A stretch of DNA of 64,000 nt from an uncultured Acidobacteriota bacterium (lineage in GTDB: Bacteria; Acidobacteriota; Thermoanaerobaculia; Multivoradales; UBA5704), in the NCBI GenBank assembly GCA_963756595.1, contig CAVWOZ010000015.1:132975-196974 (forward strand). The letters run 5' to 3'. Below the pieces are notes generated by a model, which had not been told where the DNA came from, searched no databases, and was given only the letters and a program-made list of their open reading frames with translations. This document shows positions 17,012-26,196 of this stretch, piece by piece. Both the position numbers and the translations under genes were made by a program. Within the stretch, counting starts at the first letter, position 1; each line of letters opens with the position of its first letter.

Positions 17012-17987
17012 GGCCGGTTGGGTTCTCCTCTCTCTCGGCACGTTGGCCCTGGCGCTGTCGATGGGGGGATGCCGTGGCACTCCCCAACCGGTGGCACGCA
17101 CCGCTCCCCCGGCTCAGAAGGCTCCCGCCGCTTCGACCCCCCAAGAACTTCCCTCCGCCACGAATCACTCGGTCCCCTCGCGGGACGTCGTCGCCGGCAA
17201 GGAGCACACGGCCGTGCCCGCGGTGGTGGTCGATCCCGGGACCGAGGAAGGGGGGGCGCCGCCCAGCCTGATCGAGGCTTCCAAGGCGGAGAAGGAGCGC
17301 CGCGCCAATTCCGCCAAGGCCGGCACGGTGATCAACGACAAGACGCTCCCCCGCTACGCCAGCAAGGGGCAGATCACCGTGATGGCGCCGCCCAAGGCCA
17401 AGAAGAAGGGGAGCGCGGCGAAGGCCGGCGCCGCGGAAGCGGCGGCGTCAGGGGCGCCCGGCGACGTGCACGACGAGGCATACTGGCGCGGCCGGGGGCT
17501 CGAGATCCGCCAGCGCTGGCGCCAGTCGGCCGACGAGGTCAAGGCGCTCGAGCAGAAGTCGACCGAGCTGCGCCAGAAGTTCTACATGGAGAACGACCTC
17601 TTCGTGCGCGACAACCGGATCAAGCCGGATTGGGACCGGGTGCTCGACCGTCTGCGCCAGGCCCGCCTCGACACGGAGGCCGCCCGGCAGGAGCTGGCCG
17701 ACTTCCTGGAGGAGGGGAGAAGGGCTGGGGTGCTGCCGGGCTGGCTGCGGGACGGCGAGGACGACGAGCCCGGCCAGGCGTCGGGAAAGGGTCCCCAGAC
17801 CAAGGAGCAGAGCAAGGGGCGCGACGGCCTGCCGCCGGCGCAGTCGATCGAGCCCCCGATCCTCGACGAGAAGGAGCAGTCGCGACGGCCGCCACCGGCT
17901 GCCGGCGAGACGCGGGACAACCACAAGGACAACAAGCTGAAGAACCCGCGCAACGCCGGCGACCCGGCCGATGGGGATGGCCAATGA
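16998..17987 (+). CDS. Lipoprotein, low-complexity/coiled-coil, function unknown
   Basis: From the ATG at 16998: 'MAAHKAGWVLLSLGTLALALSMGGC' (lipobox L-S-M-G-G-C). The remainder is Ala/Lys/Glu-rich. The stop overlaps the miaB start (ATGA). Confidence 0.6.
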   Translation: MAAHKAGWVLLSLGTLALALSMGGCRGTPQPVARTAPPAQKAPAASTPQELPSATNHSVPSRDVVAGKEHTAVPAVVVDPGTEEGGAPPSLIEASKAEKERRANSAKAGTVINDKTLPRYASKGQITVMAPPKAKKKGSAAKAGAAEAAASGAPGDVHDEAYWRGRGLEIRQRWRQSADEVKALEQKSTELRQKFYMENDLFVRDNRIKPDWDRVLDRLRQARLDTEAARQELADFLEEGRRAGVLPGWLRDGEDDEPGQASGKGPQTKEQSKGRDGLPPAQSIEPPILDEKEQSRRPPPAAGETRDNHKDNKLKNPRNAGDPADGDGQ

Positions 17988-19342
17988 CGCCGAAGACGCC
18001 GATGACGCCGCCGCGCCATTTCTTCATCGAGACCTGGGGCTGCCAGATGAACGAGCTGGACACCCAGCGCATGTCCGGCCAGCTCATGCAGCAGGGGCTG
18101 CTCCCCACCCGCAAGCCGGAGGAGGCGGACATCATCCTGCTCAACTCGTGCAGCGTCCGCGAGAAGGCCGAGCAGAAGGTCTACTCGCGGCTGGGCGAAT
18201 ACCGCCTGTTCAAGCGGGAGAGGAAAGACCTCCTGATCGGCCTCTGCGGCTGCGTCGCCCAGCAGGAAGGGGAGCAGGCCCTGGAGCGGGTCCCCGACCT
18301 CGACTTCGTGCTGGGGCCGGCGCGGGTGGGGGAGTTGCAGGATGTGATGGCACGCCGCCGGGCCGGCGAGCGGGTGATCGCGACCGGCTTTCCCGCGGAG
18401 CGGCACTACGACATCGACGCGGTCTCCCGCCACGGCGAATACAAGGGGATGGTGACGATCGTCGAGGGGTGCAACAAGAACTGCACCTTCTGCATCGTCC
18501 CCAAGACCCGGGGGCCCGAGCGCAGCCGGCCGCTGGCCGACATCCTGCGCGAGGTCGAACACCTGGTGGACTACGGTTTCCGGGAGATCGAGCTGCTGGG
18601 CCAGACCGTCAACCACTGGCGGGAGCCGGGAGGCGATCAGGATTTCGCCGACCTGCTCGAGCGCGTCTCGGGCGTTCCGGGAGTGCAGCGGCTGCGCTTC
18701 GTCACCTCCTATCCGCGCGACTTCACGCCGCGGATGGTGGAGCAGGTGGGGAAGCAGGCCAACATCTGTCCTTATCTTCACTTGCCGGTCCAGTCGGGGT
18801 CGGACCGTGTGCTGCGCCGCATGGGGCGGGGTTATACCGCGGCCGAGTACCTCGATCTGGCCGCGCAGCTCCGCGGCGCGCGCCCCGGCCTTGCCCTGTC
18901 GACCGATCTCATCGTCGGCTTTCCCGGCGAGACGGAGGAGGACTTCGAGCAGACGCTCGAGCTGGTGCGCCGGGTGCGCTTCTCGGCCACCTACGCTTTC
19001 AAGTACTCGCCACGCCCTGGCACGGCCGCGCCGCGGCTCGATGGAGCCGTGCCGGCGGAGGTTGCCGACGAGCGCCTCCAGCGCTTGTTCGCGTTGCAGG
19101 AGGGGATTCAGCGTGAGATCAACGAGGGGCTGGTCGGCCAGGAGCTCGAGGTGATCGTGACCGGCTGGGGGAAGCAGCCCGGAATGCAGACCGGCCGCAC
19201 CACCTGCCACCGCGTGGTCCACTTCCAAGCCGGCAGCGAGCCGGCAGCCTTGGGGAGCACCACCCACGTCGAGGTCGAGGCCGGCTTTCCCTACAGCCTG
19301 GCCGGAAGGCGTCTCGGCACCGCCGCCGCCATATCTCCCTGA
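17984..19342 (+). CDS. miaB: tRNA (N6-isopentenyl-adenosine-37)-C2 methylthiotransferase
   Basis: 'FFIETWGCQMNELD', radical-SAM 'EGCNKNCTFCIVP', and a C-terminal TRAM-like region. I chose the ATG at 17984; the long upstream track extension is Arg/Gly/Pro-rich shadow. Confidence 0.92.
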   Translation: MTPKTPMTPPRHFFIETWGCQMNELDTQRMSGQLMQQGLLPTRKPEEADIILLNSCSVREKAEQKVYSRLGEYRLFKRERKDLLIGLCGCVAQQEGEQALERVPDLDFVLGPARVGELQDVMARRRAGERVIATGFPAERHYDIDAVSRHGEYKGMVTIVEGCNKNCTFCIVPKTRGPERSRPLADILREVEHLVDYGFREIELLGQTVNHWREPGGDQDFADLLERVSGVPGVQRLRFVTSYPRDFTPRMVEQVGKQANICPYLHLPVQSGSDRVLRRMGRGYTAAEYLDLAAQLRGARPGLALSTDLIVGFPGETEEDFEQTLELVRRVRFSATYAFKYSPRPGTAAPRLDGAVPAEVADERLQRLFALQEGIQREINEGLVGQELEVIVTGWGKQPGMQTGRTTCHRVVHFQAGSEPAALGSTTHVEVEAGFPYSLAGRRLGTAAAISP

Positions 19343-19373
19343 GGCTCGGAAGGAACCCGATCCCTACCTGACG

Positions 19374-19400
19374 GCGCGGTGCTCACCGCGCCGTTTTTTG
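19374..19400 (+). terminator. Rho-independent terminator after miaB
   Basis: GGCGCGG-tgctca-CCGCGCC followed by GTTTTTT. Confidence 0.75.
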
Positions 19401-19439
19401 CGCCTTGACCTTCTCCGCTTGGCGCGCCCAGAATACGAC

Positions 19440-19949
19440 ATGAGCAACTCGAGCGACCCGAACGACGAGCTCCAGGTGGAGATCAAGGGGCTGATGCTGG
19501 ACCCCTCCTCCAACATTCCGATCGTCATCCTCCGCGACCTTGGCAGCCAGCTCTTCCTACCGATCTGGATCGGCGTCTTCGAGGCCAATGCCATCGCTCT
19601 CCGCCTCGAAGGAGTCGAGCCGCCGCGCCCTCTGACTCACGACCTGCTGCGCTCGGTGATCGAGCAACTCGGCGGCCGGATCGGGAAGATCGTCATCTCT
19701 GACCTGCGGGAGAGCACCTTCTTCGCGATGATCCATGTCCAGAGCTCCGACCATGACGTGACGATCGACGCCCGGCCGAGCGACGCCATCGCGCTCGCGC
19801 TACGCACCGGATCGCCGATCTTCGTGCTCCGCTCCGTGCTCGAGAAGGCCCAGGCGGTCGATCTCGCCGCCGAGGTCAGCGACGAGGACAAGCTCAAACG
19901 GTGGCTCGAGGAGATCAGCCCCGACGAGCTCGGCAAGTGGACGATGTGA
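19440..19949 (+). CDS. Bifunctional nuclease (BFN/DUF151) family protein
   Basis: 'IPIVILRD..LPIWIGVFEANAIALRLEGVEPPRPLTHDLL' and 'IDARPSDAIALALR'. I chose the ATG at 19440. Confidence 0.8.
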   Translation: MSNSSDPNDELQVEIKGLMLDPSSNIPIVILRDLGSQLFLPIWIGVFEANAIALRLEGVEPPRPLTHDLLRSVIEQLGGRIGKIVISDLRESTFFAMIHVQSSDHDVTIDARPSDAIALALRTGSPIFVLRSVLEKAQAVDLAAEVSDEDKLKRWLEEISPDELGKWTM

Positions 19950-19992
19950 GCTGCCTCTTCACGGCGAAGCCTCATAAAATGAGCGGTTTATG

Positions 19993-20024
19993 CCCGATGT
20001 CGGCGCGCCGACATCGGGTTTGTT
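19993..20024 (+). terminator. Palindromic hairpin plus T-tract after the BFN gene; contains the same 18-mer as 4351-4368
   Basis: CCCGATGTCGGCGCGCCGACATCGGG (perfect 26-nt palindrome) followed by TTTGTT. Confidence 0.6.
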
Positions 20025-20067
20025 CCCTTGACCTGGGGCAGGCCATTCCTTAGACTCCGCGCCGTCT

Positions 20068-20826
20068 ATGATCATTGCCATCACGAACCAGAAGGGTGGG
20101 GTCGGTAAGACGACGACCGCCATCAACCTCGCCGCGGCCCTGGCCAGTAAGGGGAGAAAGACCCTCCTGGTGGACCTCGACCCTCAGTCGAACAGCTCGA
20201 TGTCCTTCCTCGACATCCACGAGCTTCGACTCTCGATGTACGACGCCCTCACGGACGACCAGATCCACCTCGTCGACATTCTGAAACCCGCGGAGAAAAT
20301 CGAGAACCTCTCGATCGCCCCCTCGACGATCGCGCTGGCAAAGATCGAGGCGAAGCTGATCGGCGAGCTCGACAGTCACTACCGCCTCAAGGATGAGTTG
20401 GAACGGATCCAGGAAGATTTCGACTACGTGATCATCGACACGCCGCCCACCCTGGGGATCATCACCGTCAACGCCCTGGTGGCGGCGAGCCATGTGCTGA
20501 TCCCCATCCAGGCAAGTTACTTTGCCCTCGAGGGGACGGACGACCTGCTGGAAACGATCGACAAGATCAAGGTGCGGGCCAACCCCCAACTCCAGATCCT
20601 CGGCGCCCTGATCACCATGTACGACAAACGGACGCTGCTCGCCAAGGACATCTATGAGCAGATCCAGCGGGTCTTCGGCATCAAGGTCTTCCAGACGGTG
20701 ATCACCAAGAGCGTCCGGCTGGAGGAAAGCCCGGCCTATCGCGAGTCGATCTTCACCTTCGCGCCGCGCTCGACCGGAGCCTACGAGTACTACCGCCTTT
20801 CCGAGGAGGTCTTGAGCCGTGTCTGA
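20068..20826 (+). CDS. parA: Chromosome-partitioning ATPase ParA/Soj
   Basis: 'MIIAITNQKGGVGKTTTAINLAAALA', 'VIIDTPP'. Confidence 0.92.
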   Translation: MIIAITNQKGGVGKTTTAINLAAALASKGRKTLLVDLDPQSNSSMSFLDIHELRLSMYDALTDDQIHLVDILKPAEKIENLSIAPSTIALAKIEAKLIGELDSHYRLKDELERIQEDFDYVIIDTPPTLGIITVNALVAASHVLIPIQASYFALEGTDDLLETIDKIKVRANPQLQILGALITMYDKRTLLAKDIYEQIQRVFGIKVFQTVITKSVRLEESPAYRESIFTFAPRSTGAYEYYRLSEEVLSRV

Positions 20827-21721
20827 CCCTGCCCGCGATCCCATCCGCAAGCGTGGCCTCCCGGTGCGAGTCAAGATGCGCCACGACAACCATTTCGTCG
20901 AAGAGCTCACCGCGCGGCACGAAACGCCGGTGGGGAAGATGATCCCCCTGGCCGCCATCGAGCCCGATCCGGAGCAGCCGCGTTCGACGATGGGAGACCT
21001 CGACGACCTGGTCGCCTCGATCCGCGACAAGGGGGTCCTGGAGCCGATCCTGGTCCGTTCCCGTCCCGGCCTCCGGCCGGGTCTCGACGACGGCGAGCCG
21101 GCGCTCTCCGGCGTCCTCTACCGGATCATCTCCGGCGAGCGGCGCTATCGGGCGGCTCAGGAAGCCGGCCTGTACGAAGTGCCGGCGATCGAGATGGACG
21201 TCACGGACGAAGAGGCGCTCGAGATCGCCCTGATCGAGAACCTCCAGCGGAAGGACCTGACCCCGTTCGAGGAAGCCGAAGGGTACCGGAGGCTCGCCGA
21301 GAGCCATCGCTACACCCACGAGGAGATCTCCGAAGCGGTCGGCAAGTCGCGTACGGTGGTCACCGAGAGCCTCTCCTTGCTGCAGATGCCGCCGCGGGTC
21401 CGCGACACGGTGCAGGCGCTGGGAATCACCTCGAAGTCGTTGCTGCTCGAGGTTCTGAAAGCAGGCAGCGAGACCGAGATGATCGACTTGCTGGAAGAGG
21501 TGGCCCGCCGCGGCCTCAACCGGGACGACCTCCGCCAGCGCCTGCGGCGGGACAGCAAGGGGGGCAAACCCAGCCGCCGGAAGCCCTATGTCTTCCGTTT
21601 CAAAGATCCGGAGCGGACCTTCAGTCTGGCGCTGAGCTTTCGCCAGAGCGAGGTCGACAAGGGGGATCTCATTCGCGCCCTCGAACAGATCCTCTCGGAC
21701 CTGCGCCAGGAACGCGGCTGA
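20819..21721 (+). CDS. parB: Chromosome-partitioning protein ParB/Spo0J
   Basis: 'ISGERRYRAAQEAGL', 'IALIENLQRKDLTPFEEAEGYRRL', 'HEEISEAVGKSRTVVTESLSLL'. The GTG start overlaps the parA 3' end. Confidence 0.9.
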   Translation: MSDPARDPIRKRGLPVRVKMRHDNHFVEELTARHETPVGKMIPLAAIEPDPEQPRSTMGDLDDLVASIRDKGVLEPILVRSRPGLRPGLDDGEPALSGVLYRIISGERRYRAAQEAGLYEVPAIEMDVTDEEALEIALIENLQRKDLTPFEEAEGYRRLAESHRYTHEEISEAVGKSRTVVTESLSLLQMPPRVRDTVQALGITSKSLLLEVLKAGSETEMIDLLEEVARRGLNRDDLRQRLRRDSKGGKPSRRKPYVFRFKDPERTFSLALSFRQSEVDKGDLIRALEQILSDLRQERG

Positions 21722-21828
21722 AGCTCCGCCGGCGCCGATCCGGGGCGCCAGAATCGGCCCGCGCATCAAGTCTGATAAGACGCATTATGTTAATACATCG
21801 ACGCGGCGGCGCTTCGGACTGAGCCGCT

Positions 21829-22260
21829 TCAGCCGGCGGTCCATTCCGCGGCGAGGTCTTCATCCTCTTCGAGCCGTAGCCTCTCGAGCCGGTTCCCTGC
21901 CGGTAACCGGCCTGCCAGCTCGTCGTGAATCCAGCGGACCAGGTTCTCGCTCGACGGGACGGCTCCTCCTTCTACGAACTCCGGGAGCGCGGCGTTGAGG
22001 TGCTGATGGTCCAGCCGTTCGACGACGTGCTCCTGGACCAGCGCGTCGAGCCGGCCGAGGTCGATTAGGAAACCTGTCTGGGCGTCGATCTCCCCGCTCA
22101 CCGTCACGAACAGGCGGTAGTTGTGCCCGTGTCCGGGGAGGTTCGCACACTTCCCGAACCGCGCCCGGTTCTCGGCCTCGCTCCACTCGGGGCGCCGGTA
22201 GAGGTGGCTGGCGCTGAAGCGATAGCGGCGCTGGAGCATGATCTTCGTCCTCGTCGTCAT
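21829..22260 (-). CDS. queD: 6-carboxy-5,6,7,8-tetrahydropterin synthase
   Basis: 'FSASHLY..FGKCANLPGHGHNYRLFVTVSGEID' and 'LDHQHLN'. Confidence 0.88.
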   Translation of the reverse strand: MTTRTKIMLQRRYRFSASHLYRRPEWSEAENRARFGKCANLPGHGHNYRLFVTVSGEIDAQTGFLIDLGRLDALVQEHVVERLDHQHLNAALPEFVEGGAVPSSENLVRWIHDELAGRLPAGNRLERLRLEEDEDLAAEWTAG

Positions 22261-22324
22261 GGGGGGCTCTCCTCAGGGTCGGCGCGGAATCGCCTTCCGC
22301 GCTTTGGGCCCATATAATGCGCCG

Positions 22325-24718
22325 GTGCGGAAGCTCGATCGCTATATCTTCACTGAAATCCTCGGTCCTCTCGGGCTGGGATTCCTAGTCTATACCTTCA
22401 TTCTCCTCATCCGTTTTCTCTTCCAGTCGGCGGAGATGATCATCCGGCGCGGGCTGCCGGTGTCGATCGTCGGCAAGCTGCTGCTGATGACGCTGCCCAA
22501 CATCGTCGTCCTCACCCTGCCGATGTCTCTCCTGTTCGGCACGCTGATCGCAGTCGGGCGGCTGTCGTCGGACAGCGAGCTGATCGCCATGCGGGCCTCG
22601 GGGGTGAGCCTGCTGACCCTCTACCGCCCGGTCCTGATGCTCTCGGGGCTGCTGACCCTGCTCAACATCGTGCTGATGGTCTACGTGCTGCCCTGGGGCA
22701 ACCACGCTCTGCAGGAGCTGCGGCTCGAGATCACCACCCAGACCGTCTCGCAACAGGTCCAGCCGCGGGTCTTCTACGAGGAGTGGGAGGGGAAGGTCGT
22801 CTACGTCTTCGAGGTGCCTCCCGAGGGGAAACGATGGAAGGGGGTCTTCCTCGCCGAATCGATCCCATCGAGCCAGAACAACCAGATCACCATCGCCGAC
22901 TGGGGGGAGGTCCTCGTCGACCAGGCCGGAGAGCGGGTGGTCCTCCGCCTCTACAACGCGACCCAGCACAAGGTGGACTTGAACGCCCCCGACCGTTACG
23001 AGATCAGCCGGCACAAGCGGCTCGATCTCGTGCTGGACGACCAGTTCACCAGCGAGCAGAAGGCCAAGATGTCGGTCTCGAAGGGAATCCGCGAGCTCAC
23101 CCTCTCGGAGCTCCACGATCTCGAGCGCGACCTGTCGGTCGCCGCGGAGGACCGGAACCTGGCCCGCGTCGAGATCAACAAGAAGTTCTCGATCCCGTTC
23201 GCGTGCCTGGTCTTCGGCCTCTTCGCCCTGCCGCTGGGGATCAACAACCGGCGGGGCGGCAAGGCGTCGGGCTTCGCGCTGTCGATCGGGATCCTGATCG
23301 TCTACTACATCATGCTGAACAACGGCGAGGAGGCGGCCCGCTTCGGCAAGATGCCCGCCTGGCTGGCGATGTGGCTGCCCAACCTCCTGCTGGCGAGCCT
23401 GGGGGTCTTCCTCCTGGTCCGGCGCAACCGGGACAAGAGCCTGCTGCTGACGCGCATCGACCGCTGGGTCCGGGAAGACGTCTGGGGAGGGCTGCTGCGC
23501 CTGGACAAGATCCGCCGAGCCCGCCGGCGGGAGCACCGGGAGGAGCGGTTGCGCCGGGTGGCGGAGCGCTCGCAGAAGGCTGCCCGCGTGCCGCGGCTCG
23601 TCCTCCTCCTCCCCCGCCCGCGGATCGTCTTCCCAAACCTTCTCGACCGCTATGTCGGCAGGCTCTTCTCCTGGGTCTTCCTGCTGGTCGTCGCCTCGGG
23701 AGTGTCGCTGTTCATCATCTTCGACCTCTCCGAGAACTTCGACGACATCCTGAAGTACAAGGCCGCGCCGGGCGTCGTGCTCAACTACTACAAGTACCTC
23801 TCCTTGCAGATGTTCTACGACATCGCGCCGATCGTGGTCCTGGTGACGACGCTGCTGACCTTCAGCCTGCTGGCGCGCACCAACGAGATCACCGCGTGCA
23901 AGGCGTTGGGGATGAGCCTCTACCGGCTGGCTCTGCCGGCGCTCGCCGCGGCGCTCCTGGTGACCGTCTTCTGCGGCTACCTGGAGTCCTCGATCCTGCC
24001 GGCCTCGAACGAGAAGGTCGCGCGGCTCAAAGACCGTATCCACGGTCGCGAGACCGCCCGCACCTACCGCCGCGCGGATCGCCAGTGGCTGTTCGGCCAG
24101 AGGCGTTTCATCTACAACTACATCCACTACGACCCGCAGCAGGCGAACCTGCAACGGCTGCAGGTGTTCGATTTCGACGACCAGCATCGCATCACCCGCC
24201 GCCTCTTCGCGGAGTCGGCCCATTACGTCGGAGACGACGCCTGGGTCTTCTCGAACGGCTGGGCCCGGTCGTTTCAGGGGCTGGACGTGACCGCCTACAC
24301 GCGCTTCAAGGAGCCGAAGATCGTCCGCTATCCCGAGACCCCGGACTACTTCGATTCGGAGATCCGTCCGCCGGATCAGATGCGCTACGGAGAGCTCAAG
24401 GACTATATCGAGGAGCTCAAGGAGAGCGGCCAGGCGGTCCCGGAGCTGCAGGTGCAGCTGGCGGACAAGATCGCGCTTCCGGTGGCCTCCTTGATCATGG
24501 CGCTGGTGGCGCTCCCCTTCGCCTTCCGGCTGGGGCGCCAGGGAGCGCTCTACGGGATCGGGCTCTCGATCGGCTTGGGGATCGTCTTCATGGCCGTCTT
24601 CGCCTTCTTCACCAAGCTCGGCGAAGCCGGCGCCCTGCCGCCGGTGGTCGCGGTCTGGAGCCCGGCGGCGATCTTCGCGCTCTTCTCGAGCTACCTGTTC
24701 CTGGGAGTGCGGACGTGA
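22325..24718 (+). CDS. Fused LptF-LptG-type LPS export permease (two YjgP/YjgQ domains in one polypeptide)
   Basis: The first domain starts 'RKLDRYIFTEILGPLGLGF'. The second starts 'LLDRYVGRLFSWVFLLVV', after a basic linker 'RRARRREHREERLRRVAERSQKAAR'. The start is uncertain: GTG 22325 fits the family N-terminus, and ATG 22259 is an alternative. Confidence 0.8.
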   Translation: MRKLDRYIFTEILGPLGLGFLVYTFILLIRFLFQSAEMIIRRGLPVSIVGKLLLMTLPNIVVLTLPMSLLFGTLIAVGRLSSDSELIAMRASGVSLLTLYRPVLMLSGLLTLLNIVLMVYVLPWGNHALQELRLEITTQTVSQQVQPRVFYEEWEGKVVYVFEVPPEGKRWKGVFLAESIPSSQNNQITIADWGEVLVDQAGERVVLRLYNATQHKVDLNAPDRYEISRHKRLDLVLDDQFTSEQKAKMSVSKGIRELTLSELHDLERDLSVAAEDRNLARVEINKKFSIPFACLVFGLFALPLGINNRRGGKASGFALSIGILIVYYIMLNNGEEAARFGKMPAWLAMWLPNLLLASLGVFLLVRRNRDKSLLLTRIDRWVREDVWGGLLRLDKIRRARRREHREERLRRVAERSQKAARVPRLVLLLPRPRIVFPNLLDRYVGRLFSWVFLLVVASGVSLFIIFDLSENFDDILKYKAAPGVVLNYYKYLSLQMFYDIAPIVVLVTTLLTFSLLARTNEITACKALGMSLYRLALPALAAALLVTVFCGYLESSILPASNEKVARLKDRIHGRETARTYRRADRQWLFGQRRFIYNYIHYDPQQANLQRLQVFDFDDQHRITRRLFAESAHYVGDDAWVFSNGWARSFQGLDVTAYTRFKEPKIVRYPETPDYFDSEIRPPDQMRYGELKDYIEELKESGQAVPELQVQLADKIALPVASLIMALVALPFAFRLGRQGALYGIGLSIGLGIVFMAVFAFFTKLGEAGALPPVVAVWSPAAIFALFSSYLFLGVRT

Positions 24719-24722
24719 GGTC

Positions 24723-26033
24723 TCAGGCCCGCTCGCTCCGTAGCGCCGGATCCTGCCGGGCGAGGTGGAGGTAGCGCTGCAGATCGGCGAGGCGCCCATC
24801 CCTGAACTCCAGGCTCGCCGCCTGCCGGAACGCGATCAGCGCGGCGATCGCCTCACACTCGAGGCCCCGCGACTGGAAGATCGCGAGGACCTCCTCGGCC
24901 AAACGCCGCACCTCGGGAATCCGTCCCTGGCCGGCGCAAAGGCTGGCGAGGTCGAGGGAGACCGCGGCTGCGCTGAATCCGACTTCGAGCTCGATGAACC
25001 CTGAACGAGCTTCCCGCAGTGCCCTTTCGGCTTCCTGCGGAAAGCTCAGCGCTTCGTAGATCTTCCCTTCGAGCCAGCGCAAACGGAAAAGAAGCAACGG
25101 ACTGCCGTAGCGTTGGAACTCATCGCGGGAAGCCTTGAGCAGAAAGCGGGCCTCTCGCGGCCGACCACTCTCCTGTAAGTAGGCCATCAGGCTGTGCCGG
25201 GTCGCGAGGTCGACGTACCTCTCGCAGGTGGGATCGAGCAGACCGAGTCCCTTGCGCAGCCAGGACATCGCCCGGTTCAAATCACCCGAGGTTCCATACA
25301 CACGCCCCTTCTGGGCGAAGGCCCGGCCGAGGAGATGGGTGTCTCCGTACCGCTTGTAGATGGCGATCGCTTCGTCGAGCGTGCGATGGGCCTCGGCCGG
25401 ACAGCGCCGGTCGCGATGGAACGCGGCTTTCAGCTCGAGCACGAACGCCTTCTCCAGAGGGTCTCCCGATCCCCGGGCAGCGAAGCCTTCGGCGGCTTCG
25501 AAGGATCTCTGGGCCCCTCGGAGATCGGACCGGCGACGCAGCGTTTCGCCGCGGCAAGCCCACGCACGAGCCCGCAGATCGTTGATCAGGGCACCACCAT
25601 AGAGGTCGGCGAGGAGCTTTTCCGCGACGGTCACGGCACAGTCGGCCAAGGCCTCGGCCCGGCCGAAATCCACATAGGAGGCTCTCAGGCTCTCCTCGAT
25701 CAGCCATTCACCGACCGCCCAGGTATGGAAGGCTGAGTCGGACTCGACCAAGACGTTCGGGGCTTGCGACTTCGCCTGCAGGCGGGCGATGAGGAGGGGG
25801 AGTTGCTGGCGCTCGTGAGCGAACCGATGGGCATACTCCCCCACCCGCGGCAGGAAATCTCTGAAAGCCCGGCTGTAATCCTTTGCCATGAACCTCCAGG
25901 AACCCAGGAGGAGGTCACCTCCCCGCCGGCTTTCGTCGCCGGGGGTGAGCGGTTCACCGTGTCGCTTGGTGAAGCCGTCGATCCTGGCGGGGACGTCCGG
26001 CTGAGAATTGGGATCGGGAGGGTTGACGGTCAT
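24723..26033 (-). CDS. Helical-repeat (TPR-like) sensor-domain protein, paralog S1, with no recognisable output domain
   Basis: Aligns by eye along ~350 aa with 26197..27585, 29260..30609 and 52269..53864. Examples: 'DLRARAWACRGETLRRRSDLRGAQRSF', 'LFRLRWLEGKIY', 'AAAVSLDLASL', 'GRIPEVRRLAEEVLAIFQSRGLECEAIAALIAFRQAA'. It lacks both the CPxC motif and an HTH. Confidence 0.75.
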   Translation of the reverse strand: MTVNPPDPNSQPDVPARIDGFTKRHGEPLTPGDESRRGGDLLLGSWRFMAKDYSRAFRDFLPRVGEYAHRFAHERQQLPLLIARLQAKSQAPNVLVESDSAFHTWAVGEWLIEESLRASYVDFGRAEALADCAVTVAEKLLADLYGGALINDLRARAWACRGETLRRRSDLRGAQRSFEAAEGFAARGSGDPLEKAFVLELKAAFHRDRRCPAEAHRTLDEAIAIYKRYGDTHLLGRAFAQKGRVYGTSGDLNRAMSWLRKGLGLLDPTCERYVDLATRHSLMAYLQESGRPREARFLLKASRDEFQRYGSPLLLFRLRWLEGKIYEALSFPQEAERALREARSGFIELEVGFSAAAVSLDLASLCAGQGRIPEVRRLAEEVLAIFQSRGLECEAIAALIAFRQAASLEFRDGRLADLQRYLHLARQDPALRSERA

Positions 26034-26140
26034 GGCAACTCCTGGCAGTCAACGCGCACCCAGAAGGCACCGCAGTCCTTCTCGCAGCTCCTCTCGAGGG
26101 TACCCGAGAGCCATCACGAAAAGGGATGCGTGTGTGCGCT

Positions 26141-26165
26141 GGTACTATTTTAGCAGAATAGTACC
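26141..26165. promoter_or_regulatory. Perfect inverted repeat GGTACTATT-N7-AATAGTACC (candidate operator or terminator hairpin)
   Basis: Read directly. It is the most AT-rich spot of the cluster. It lies 32 nt downstream of the stop at 26197 and ~108 nt upstream of the S1 start at 26033 (minus strand). Confidence 0.4.
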
Positions 26166-26196
26166 GCGTAAGAACGCAACAGCGGGTGGAAGCGGA

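Noticed and set aside
21722-21828. Search for parS (TGTTNCACGTGAAACA-like) sites, DnaA boxes or an oriC near parAB
   Set aside because: I found no convincing parS-like palindrome or DnaA-box cluster by eye in or around parAB. TGTTAATACATCGACG at ~21789 is not palindromic.
22313-22318. TATAAT hexamer 7 nt upstream of the GTG start chosen for lptFG
   Set aside because: It is too close to the start codon for a leadered mRNA, and GTG-initiated leaderless mRNAs are unusual. It may lie inside the coding region if ATG 22259 is the true start. It is left unannotated.
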